Origin: Spirochaetia bacterium
GTDB lineage: Bacteria > Spirochaetota > Spirochaetia > WTKD01 > G963693115
Direction: 5' to 3'
Assembly (NCBI GenBank): GCA_965226055.1
Contig: CBDDCA010000002.1
Location: 1-64,000, forward strand
DNA: 64,000 nt
Below the pieces are notes generated by a model that worked only from the letters and a program-made list of their open reading frames with translations, did no database searches and had not been told where the DNA came from. Of this stretch, positions 56,586 to 64,000 are shown piece after piece (the first letter of the stretch is position 1; the number at the start of each line of letters is the position of its first letter). Made by a program: the position numbers and the translations under genes.

Positions 56586-56650
56586 TTAAATATTATACTA
56601 CAATATGCTATGCTTAAAGTAAAGCACAATAAAAAATATATAGAGGTGGT

Positions 56651-57883
56651 ATGAGTAGTATAGTATTAGGAGCACAATGGGGAGACGAAGGGAAAGGCAA
56701 AATAGTAGATGTGTTATCTTCACATTTTAGCTGGGTGATACGCTTTTCAGGCGGAGCAAACGCTGGACACACTATTGTAAACAAGGGGGTGAAATATGTA
56801 TTTCATTTATTACCTTCAGGTATTTTACATAAAAATACACAGGTACTCTTAGGTCCAGCTACCGTTGTCGATCCTGAGCAGTTATTTTATGAGTTAGAAC
56901 AGCTAAGCAACGCTAATATTGATTGGAAAGGTCGGATATTTATATCTGATAGAGCTCATCTTATACTTCCATCGTATAAAAAGGAAGATAAAAAGCTAGA
57001 AGAGAAACGAGTATATAAAATAGGAACTACCCAAAAAGGTATTGGTATTGCGTATGCCAAAAAAATGCTGAGAACGGGTATTCGTATAGCGGATATGCAT
57101 GATCCTGCTATTATACGTATGTTATCTAAAAGAGACAGAGCTTTTGTAAAGAAGTATGCTTCTTTTTTGAGTAGTATTTCAGTAAATCATTATTATATTT
57201 TACAAAATTTTACTACTACTGACAAGATATTATTTGAAGGAGCGCAAGGAGTATTGCTTGATTCAGATTATGGAACATATCCGTATGTTACTTCTGGTCC
57301 TACTGGTATAAATGGAGTAACTACTACAGGGTTTCCTATCAAACAAGCAAAGAAAATAATTGGAGTAGCAAAGGCCTATAGTACACGGGTAGGAGAAGGT
57401 CCTTTTCCTACAGAATACCGAAAAGATGAAGTGCAATTACTTAGTCTCATTCAAACGAGAGGAAATGAAAAAGGAAGTACTACAGGAAGATTACGCAGAT
57501 GTGGACATTTAGATTTAATTAGCTTAAAATATGCCTGTAAAGTATCGTGTATTAACTCTTTGATATTGACGCATGTTGATGTCTTGGATGTTTTTGACAC
57601 AATAAAAGTATGCGTAGGATACGAAATTGAGAATGATTTTTATGATTATACTCCTTCTAGTAAAGCAGATATGGAAGCAATACATCCTGTTATGCGAAAT
57701 TTTGCAGGATGGAAAGTAGATACAAGCAGTGTACGAAAGTGGGAACATCTCCCTAACAATGTACTTTCATTTATTTCTTTTTTAGAGTCATATCTTGAAG
57801 TACCTATTGAAGCTGTTTCTGTAGGAGCGGACAGAGATCAAATGGTATTTAAGAATTATCATACATTTATAGATAATTTATAA
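56651..57883 (+). CDS. purA: Adenylosuccinate synthetase
   Basis: QWGDEGKGK, GGANAGHT, FEGAQG, GTYPYVTS, TRVGEGPFPTE, TTGRLRRCG. Confidence 0.97.
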   Translation: MSSIVLGAQWGDEGKGKIVDVLSSHFSWVIRFSGGANAGHTIVNKGVKYVFHLLPSGILHKNTQVLLGPATVVDPEQLFYELEQLSNANIDWKGRIFISDRAHLILPSYKKEDKKLEEKRVYKIGTTQKGIGIAYAKKMLRTGIRIADMHDPAIIRMLSKRDRAFVKKYASFLSSISVNHYYILQNFTTTDKILFEGAQGVLLDSDYGTYPYVTSGPTGINGVTTTGFPIKQAKKIIGVAKAYSTRVGEGPFPTEYRKDEVQLLSLIQTRGNEKGSTTGRLRRCGHLDLISLKYACKVSCINSLILTHVDVLDVFDTIKVCVGYEIENDFYDYTPSSKADMEAIHPVMRNFAGWKVDTSSVRKWEHLPNNVLSFISFLESYLEVPIEAVSVGADRDQMVFKNYHTFIDNL

Positions 57884-57892
57884 ATAGAGAGA

Positions 57893-58227
57893 TGGAGGTG
57901 GCGGGAATTGAACCCGCGTCTTAAAAGAGCAAAGTAGCATCTCTACAAGTTTAGTTTGCTGTTGGTTCTTGCAAAAAACGAAATGGCAAACACATTTTTT
58001 TCTTGCTCAGTCAAATAAGGTGTTCTCTCTCTGTCTTTGACATACAGAGAGAGTGAGTCCCTAAGTGAACAGAAAGCCGTCTAGGAACATCAACGGTTCT
58101 GTAGCAACATAGTATCTATGCTGCTAAAGCTAAATCATTGTCTGCATTTATTGCAGTGTAGTAATTAGGTTACCAATCCACTTGCCATGATACTAATACT
58201 TCTTCTAATCGAGTCCTGTTCACCCCC
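57893..58227 (-). ncRNA. ssrA: tmRNA; tag reading frame 58145-58116 encodes (A)ADNDLALAA*
   Basis: 5' GGGGGTG...GACTCGA, 3' GACGCGGGTTCAATTCCCGCCACCTCCA; G3-U alanine identity pair; ATAAAT-GCA resume context; near smpB. Confidence 0.95.
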
Positions 58228-58260
58228 TATTTTTTATAGTATACTACATACACATACATT

Positions 58261-59121
58261 CTATAAGAAATTGAGAATATGTTCTAGTACTGTTTGTGTA
58301 GAACATGCAATAATATCTTTTTTATTACTGGTAATAAACTCATCCCATTGAATATCATTTCCTTGCCAATCGCATATAATTCCTTTTGCTTCTTTCACAA
58401 GAGGATATATTGCTGCTACATCCCATATATGAGTACTAGGATCAATAACAAGCTCTGCATGAGCAGTAATAAGAAGATAGTATGCAAACGCATCTGCCCA
58501 TGTTCGTGTTATTATGTTTGCATCGTGTGTAAATATATGCTGTACTAATTTTGGGGCTTTTTTATACACTTTTGCCCAATCGTAAGAAAGGTACAGTTGG
58601 GAATTGTGTGTTTCTTTCTGTGCAGATAACGCATGTGTTGTGAGCAATGTATTGTTTTCCCATATGCCTTTGTCTTTTATAGCACATATAACTGTTTTGT
58701 ATGTAGGAATAGATACACAGCCAATGATGGGCTGCATTATTTCAAAATCAAACAAGGCAAGTAATGTAGTAAAAAGAGGAACACCATGAATAAAGGCTTG
58801 GGTTCCATCTATAGGATCAATAATCCAAGCATAACGATTTTTTTCATACTGTGTCTGTGGAGTAGTGTCAGTGCCAAACTCTTCTCCTATAATGGTATGC
58901 TGTGGATACTGTGTGGAAATTGCATTTCGAATTGTCTGTTCTATTTCTTTATCAGCTATCGTAACGGGACTGTTATCTGTTTTATATGTCACTTTATGTT
59001 TATTTGAAGAGCGAAATGTATGAAAGTAGTGTAATACAGTGTCTATAGTAGACTGTAATGTTAATTGAGCAAATTGAGCTGCTTCTCTCATATCTATGTT
59101 AGATGTATTGTTACTCTTCAT
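58261..59121 (-). CDS. Inositol monophosphatase family protein (HisN/SuhB-like)
   Basis: SPVTIAD, IIGEEFG, WIIDPIDGT and WDVAA motifs. Confidence 0.9.
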   Translation of the reverse strand: MKSNNTSNIDMREAAQFAQLTLQSTIDTVLHYFHTFRSSNKHKVTYKTDNSPVTIADKEIEQTIRNAISTQYPQHTIIGEEFGTDTTPQTQYEKNRYAWIIDPIDGTQAFIHGVPLFTTLLALFDFEIMQPIIGCVSIPTYKTVICAIKDKGIWENNTLLTTHALSAQKETHNSQLYLSYDWAKVYKKAPKLVQHIFTHDANIITRTWADAFAYYLLITAHAELVIDPSTHIWDVAAIYPLVKEAKGIICDWQGNDIQWDEFITSNKKDIIACSTQTVLEHILNFL

Positions 59122-59597
59122 TATTTTTTTCCTCTCATCATATCTGCTGATGCCTGTTGTGCTTCACGTTTAAGGGTACGTTCTTTTATACTTTCTTTCT
59201 TTTGAAATAATTTTTTCCCTTTTGCTAATCCTAGTGCAATTTTTATAAGTCCATTTTTGGTATATGCTTCTATAGGAACAAGGGTAAGTCCTTTTTCATT
59301 TGTTTTTCGCTTTATTTTATGAATTTCTTGTTTATGGAGTAAGAGGGTTCTTATGCGTATTGGATCGTATGTTTCGGAAGGAGCAAAGGCATAAGGAGAA
59401 ATGTGCATATGATATAACAAAACACTGTTATGCTTAGAGATACGAGCATAACAGTCGGTGAAATTGAATTGCTTCTTTTTTATAGACTTTACTTCAAACC
59501 CATAGAGAACTATACCGCATTCATAAGTTTCAATAATGGAATATAAAAATGTAGCTTTTTTGTTTTTTAGTAGTGGTACGATTTCAGTTTTTTTCAT
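59121..59597 (-). CDS. smpB: SsrA-binding protein SmpB
   Basis: NKKA, ECGIVLYGFEVKS, LLLHKQEI, GLTLVP, AKGKK; start set at ATG 59597. Confidence 0.96.
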   Translation of the reverse strand: MKKTEIVPLLKNKKATFLYSIIETYECGIVLYGFEVKSIKKKQFNFTDCYARISKHNSVLLYHMHISPYAFAPSETYDPIRIRTLLLHKQEIHKIKRKTNEKGLTLVPIEAYTKNGLIKIALGLAKGKKLFQKKESIKERTLKREAQQASADMMRGKK

Positions 59598-59605
59598 AGC
59601 AATCT

Positions 59606-61264
59606 TTATTTGAGAGGTACAAGGATAATACGAAAAGAAGTATACTCGCTTGCCCAATCAGGACTCATTGCGTTATTTCTGCTGAGGAAAGCATCTAAGT
59701 CTTCGTATGTCTTTATGTTTTTACTATAGTTTCCTCCTAATACTATTTTTTCTCTTCCTAAGGCAGGGGTATAGTCTGCGTTATATTGAGGGAGAGGGCT
59801 GTACCAGCTATCAGTCCATTCCCATATATCATCGTATAAAGAAAGAAGACTCGTATCAATAGTAGCTCTATCAATTTCTACATCATAGTTATTTGATCCA
59901 ATATACTGTTGTGCTGCTCTCCACTCAAATTCATTAGGGAGTTTTGCTCTATATTGAATATTGTTTTCTCTGAGTACCGTATTAAACCATTGTGTATATG
60001 CACGTGCGTCATACCAAGTAATATGTGTTACTGGTGAAGCATCCTCATAGGTATGATAATTAGAGAGGTTAAGATGATTATCGCTATGTTCGGGACTGAG
60101 TGTTTGTGTTGAAGCAGTTTGCCAGAAAGGATTGTTTTTTAGAAATTTGACATATTGCTGTACGGTAACTTTTGTACTTTGCATATAAAAATTTCCACTT
60201 TGAATGGACAGGCTTTTGTTCTGGTTATTTTTTACTGCTTCTTTAAATTCTAGCACTTGAGAATTTGCCGTATCTATAGACGATTGGTATATATCTTGGT
60301 ATTCTAAGTGAGAATGAAGCGTATATTCAAGGGGTTCGTACGGAATGAAAATAAATTCATCACCTAAAATAGATATTTTTTTTGCTCTATTTCTTTCTGG
60401 GTTTCTTTCTTGATTGCTGTTTTTATGCTGTGCTTGTGTAATAGAATCAGATATAGGGTTTGCTGCATAAAACTCTATCATTGTTGCCATATCTTGCATG
60501 CTTATATTGTAAGCTCCCTGTATATTAGAAAGAGGATTTTTTTCTATCACTGCTTGTTTAAGTGAAGGATACTGTTCCATAACATCTGTAATATTGTTTT
60601 GATATACATGTTTGTTTTGTAGATACGGAAGTGAAAAATATATGAGCTGTAATAGTAATGCATAGGCACTTTCAGGGGGCGATAGTATGGGATCAGTATA
60701 TGCTTCTTTTTCTTTGCTTGTGTCTCTGCTTGTGGTTAGGAGGGGAAGTAATTCTTCTATTGTAGTATTTAGGAGAGGAGGGATCATGTATTTTCTTGTT
60801 GATATGGTATTTGCATACGAAGCTATACGAGGAATAGTGTATTCTACTATTGCTTTTCTGTCTTGTAACGTAAGTGTAGTCTGTATGCTATGACGAAATA
60901 TATTTGAGAATAGAGTACGCTTATTGTATTGAATAGTGTTTGTAGTAAATCCTAATTTCTCTATACGAATACTGTGCTTGATATTTTCTATGCGTGTTGT
61001 AATAGGCGTAGCTCCAAGATAATACTCATCTATGTATACTGCTGCATTGGTAGGGGTGGTAGTAATATGTATCTTACTTGTAGTAGGATGAAAGATAAAT
61101 ATAAATGCTATAAATAGTATGGTTAAGCATACTATAAAAAAACAAAGAGGAATGTACACAATAGGGCGAACACCAAAGATAGGTGTTAGTGTTACTGTAT
61201 CCTCAGGAATAGGTTCATACATAGTAGAAGGCGATTTTTTTTTGAGATGTTTATGGTTATTCAT
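59606..61264 (-). CDS. PEGA-domain / FGE-sulfatase (SUMF1)-domain membrane protein
   Basis: TTPTNAAVYID..LGATP (PEGA); PVTHITWYDARAY, LPNEFEW, WEWT and SFR (FGE-like). Confidence 0.85.
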   Translation of the reverse strand: MNNHKHLKKKSPSTMYEPIPEDTVTLTPIFGVRPIVYIPLCFFIVCLTILFIAFIFIFHPTTSKIHITTTPTNAAVYIDEYYLGATPITTRIENIKHSIRIEKLGFTTNTIQYNKRTLFSNIFRHSIQTTLTLQDRKAIVEYTIPRIASYANTISTRKYMIPPLLNTTIEELLPLLTTSRDTSKEKEAYTDPILSPPESAYALLLQLIYFSLPYLQNKHVYQNNITDVMEQYPSLKQAVIEKNPLSNIQGAYNISMQDMATMIEFYAANPISDSITQAQHKNSNQERNPERNRAKKISILGDEFIFIPYEPLEYTLHSHLEYQDIYQSSIDTANSQVLEFKEAVKNNQNKSLSIQSGNFYMQSTKVTVQQYVKFLKNNPFWQTASTQTLSPEHSDNHLNLSNYHTYEDASPVTHITWYDARAYTQWFNTVLRENNIQYRAKLPNEFEWRAAQQYIGSNNYDVEIDRATIDTSLLSLYDDIWEWTDSWYSPLPQYNADYTPALGREKIVLGGNYSKNIKTYEDLDAFLSRNNAMSPDWASEYTSFRIILVPLK

Positions 61265-61319
61265 AGTTGTATATGTTATACTATAACAAATTAGGGAAAT
61301 AAATACAAAACATAGAATA

Positions 61320-62333
61320 ATGGCATCGGTTGTAGATAAAAAAACACATATATTAAAGCAATTTTCAACATTTCTTGTTGTAAAAGTAGAAGCGTTTCTT
61401 TCTCGAAGAAAAACAAAAAAGCGTATTGCAAAGATAAAACAAAAGAAGCGTGGGGTTTTTCGAGATTGGTTATACTCTTTTTTATGGGCTGCTGGGGTGG
61501 TACTTATACTAAATCAATATATTTTACAAGGGTATCGTATTCCATCTGGTTCAATGATTCCCACTTTACTGTTACAAGATAGAATATTTGTAAATAAACT
61601 ACAATATGGTCCAGAGCTTTTACCTGGTATCTTTCGTTTACCTAGTTTGCGTTCTCCAGAAAGATTTGAAGTGGTTATTTTTGAAAGTCCCGATTATATT
61701 AGCAAAGGGACTACATTTGAAGTTCTGCAACGAATTTTGTACATGGTATCACTGTCTCTTATTGATATTAACCGAGATAAGCAGGGAAATCCAAAGGTAC
61801 AATTTCTTATAAAACGTTTAATGGCATTGCCAGGAGATCAATTAAAAGTAGAAAATGGCACTTTATATTTTAAGTTGGCAGGTACTCATACATGGCAGGA
61901 TGAAGTTACCTTGAGAAATACTTTGTATACGTATAAACATTCTCATATCAATACACAGTATATACTTAATAATGAAAAAGAAGGAGTGAGTATTGATAAA
62001 AAGCAGTTGAGAAAGGATGTACGAACATATGTAAAAGATAGATTTTTACTGCATAAAAATATTTCTCTTTCACAAAATTATCCTCGTATAGAATTTGAGC
62101 AGGTAGTATCAAAACTATATCGAGAAGTAAACCCTTCTGTATATCATCAAAAATATTCCTATACAAAATATTCTGAAGGATGGACTGTTCCTAACGATTA
62201 CTATTTTTTTATGGGGGATAATAGGGATAATTCTCTTGATAGTAGATTTTATGGTGCTGTCCCACAACGTAATGTATTAGGAGAGGCTTTTATTATTTAT
62301 TGGCCTTTTTCTCGATTTTCAAGAATAGAATAG
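61320..62333 (+). CDS. lepB: Signal peptidase I
   Basis: IPSGSMIPTL (Ser), LIKRL (Lys), MGDNRDNSLDSR. Confidence 0.96.
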   Translation: MASVVDKKTHILKQFSTFLVVKVEAFLSRRKTKKRIAKIKQKKRGVFRDWLYSFLWAAGVVLILNQYILQGYRIPSGSMIPTLLLQDRIFVNKLQYGPELLPGIFRLPSLRSPERFEVVIFESPDYISKGTTFEVLQRILYMVSLSLIDINRDKQGNPKVQFLIKRLMALPGDQLKVENGTLYFKLAGTHTWQDEVTLRNTLYTYKHSHINTQYILNNEKEGVSIDKKQLRKDVRTYVKDRFLLHKNISLSQNYPRIEFEQVVSKLYREVNPSVYHQKYSYTKYSEGWTVPNDYYFFMGDNRDNSLDSRFYGAVPQRNVLGEAFIIYWPFSRFSRIE

Positions 62334-62342
62334 AGTAATACT

Positions 62343-63002
62343 ATGGAAACGAGATATTATGTACAAAAAAGAAAAAGTTTTCTAAAAAAAATACTATATG
62401 TATATTTGTTTCTTATCATTACTCGTATCTTAGTTGTTGAGTTTGGTGTTCAAATAGTGCAACAAAAAAATACAGTAAGCAATGCCTTATTTTCTAATGA
62501 TAAGAATGCTAAAATACTTACTCTATCTTCTCCTTATATTTTTTCATTATTTGGCTTCATTACTATGATGAGATCACCGCCACCTCAGAAAGGAGATATT
62601 GTACTTATTGAATCTATGGATTATAAAAATCAAAACATAGGAAAGAAAATAATGTTCTCTTTTCTTGAGATATGTACTGTAGGAATTATCAAACAACAGA
62701 AATACATATTTGTGAAAGTAGTGGGAGTGGCATCTCAAACAGTATATTATTCTGCTAAAACTGTTTTTGAAAGTAAGCAAGAGGCAGAACAAGCAAGTGG
62801 GGATATTCCATTTTTTGACATGATAACAAACATAACATTATCTGATGATGAAGTGTTTGTTATGGGAAACAAAGAGTATTCTGTTGATAGTCGTATGTTT
62901 GGTGCAATGAAAGTGTCAGATATAAAAGGAAAGGCGACTTTCCTTTTAGCGCCTTATTGGAAACGTATTGGATTAGTAGCAAAAAATACTTCATTTCGCT
63001 GA
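62343..63002 (+). CDS. Second S26 signal-peptidase-like protein, catalytic Ser box degenerate
   Basis: KGDIV, FVMGN...SVDSRMFG...IKGK retained; no SxSM motif. Confidence 0.75.
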   Translation: METRYYVQKRKSFLKKILYVYLFLIITRILVVEFGVQIVQQKNTVSNALFSNDKNAKILTLSSPYIFSLFGFITMMRSPPPQKGDIVLIESMDYKNQNIGKKIMFSFLEICTVGIIKQQKYIFVKVVGVASQTVYYSAKTVFESKQEAEQASGDIPFFDMITNITLSDDEVFVMGNKEYSVDSRMFGAMKVSDIKGKATFLLAPYWKRIGLVAKNTSFR

Positions 63003-64000
63003 TGGGAAAGTGGAAATCATTATTCCTTCCAATATTTTTATCGTCTCGTTCGCTTGAGTGTCTTATACAAGATGCTCATACATTTGTGAATCGTTGGAGT
63101 ACACAGTGTTCTCAAGTACAAAACATATATGTTCTTATATACATACAAGAAAATATAGAGCATAGTATATATACACATGATATACAAGAAGCTATGAAAA
63201 GTATATTACAATCTCTATGTAATAGTTGTCCCTTATTAGAAGAATGTAGTGTTGAAATCAAATTTACTTCTCATGCTGTAAAACATATGTCTTCTTTTGC
63301 ACAAGCAAAGTGTGCATATCATATTATTGAGCTTTGTTCATACCTATTGTTAAACCATACACATATCTTTTTTCGTTTTATTTTGTATGACATGTTGTTT
63401 CGATGGCTGTATCAGCATAATTACTTGAGTGCAATACATAATACTTTTACATTGTGTTCTGTACATACATACAGTTACGCTTTGGAGCTAACAGCAAACA
63501 ATGTTAGCCCTGCTCTTTCAACATTGGTATCGTATGATATATATACGAAAATAAAGCATATTTCTATTGATTGGGGATCTATATCGTATGATGTCGGTAA
63601 TACAAAAGAAGGAGTATCTATTGTACAGAAAGCACAAGAGTTTGGGTTCATATCGTATCAATATTGGCATTTTTATAGAGAAGAGAAAAAATATAGTTCG
63701 GGATATCTTGATAGTTGTTACTATATGCTTCCCTATTTAGGTATAAAATATAATAAAGGAAGAAAAAAGACAGTATCATGGATGCAGGGGCAAAAAGAGA
63801 GTGATCATTCTTTTCTTTCATCAGCAATAGGCACATATACAGATTGTTTGAAGTGGAGAAAGATAAGTGCATGGGAAGAATTATCCCTTCGTTGTATAAA
63901 TAGTAGTTATGGCATTGTATATATACCTTATTATCTGTACCGTGTACTAGGAAACAGGGAATTGCAATTATTTAAGAACAAGGAAGGATTTCGAGTAATT
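63002..64000 (+). CDS. Open frame to window end; highly diverged HemW/HemN-like protein (tentative)
   Basis: ATG overlaps the upstream TGA; no stop through 64000; 'GFISYQYWHF...YYMLPYLGI' recalls HemW 'GY.HYEISNF...YW...YLGIG'; no CxxxCxxC. Confidence 0.5.
   Translation, partial: MGKWKSLFLPIFLSSRSLECLIQDAHTFVNRWSTQCSQVQNIYVLIYIQENIEHSIYTHDIQEAMKSILQSLCNSCPLLEECSVEIKFTSHAVKHMSSFAQAKCAYHIIELCSYLLLNHTHIFFRFILYDMLFRWLYQHNYLSAIHNTFTLCSVHTYSYALELTANNVSPALSTLVSYDIYTKIKHISIDWGSISYDVGNTKEGVSIVQKAQEFGFISYQYWHFYREEKKYSSGYLDSCYYMLPYLGIKYNKGRKKTVSWMQGQKESDHSFLSSAIGTYTDCLKWRKISAWEELSLRCINSSYGIVYIPYYLYRVLGNRELQLFKNKEGFRVI

Noticed and set aside
58025-58053. Strong CTCTCTCTGT...ACAGAGAGAG hairpin as a terminator
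   Set aside because: Lies within the tmRNA gene and is explained as one of its internal helices

Overview
An AT-rich bacterial chromosome segment, most likely from a spirochaete. The evidence is the FlhB N-terminus 'LQWFAAEDEGR', the order fliN-fliO-fliPQR-flhBAFG-orf-fliA-fapA, a short SMC, and tandem lepB genes divergent from a PEGA/FGE gene and smpB. Housekeeping blocks: flagellar export operon, ftsI-like PBP, LysM/M23 peptidase, rnhB, smc, suf operon without sufS, ffh-rpsP-khpA-rimM-trmD, dapB, pta, tyrA, folD, purA, ssrA, smpB, lepB. Accessory inserts: a solitary TaqI-like DNA methyltransferase, a KAP NTPase behind tRNA-Asn, a DUF5678-like/retropepsin gene pair, a 10-kb inositol/polyol catabolic cluster and an orphan coiled-coil protein. 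The most interesting signals are: (1) an iol cluster with no iolC/iolJ but an atypical transaldolase-fold enzyme between iolA and iolE, suggesting a kinase-free transaldolase route for inositol breakdown; (2) a ~35-nt dispersed element with partly covarying hairpin arms, found four times at near-fixed spacing upstream of sigma70-type promoters; (3) an unannotated 39-aa CxxC-x6-CxC microprotein gene with its own promoter, RBS and terminator right after the suf operon; (4) several apparently inactivated enzymes (patatin, second signal peptidase, HemW-like). All family calls come from motif recognition by eye; no database searches were run.
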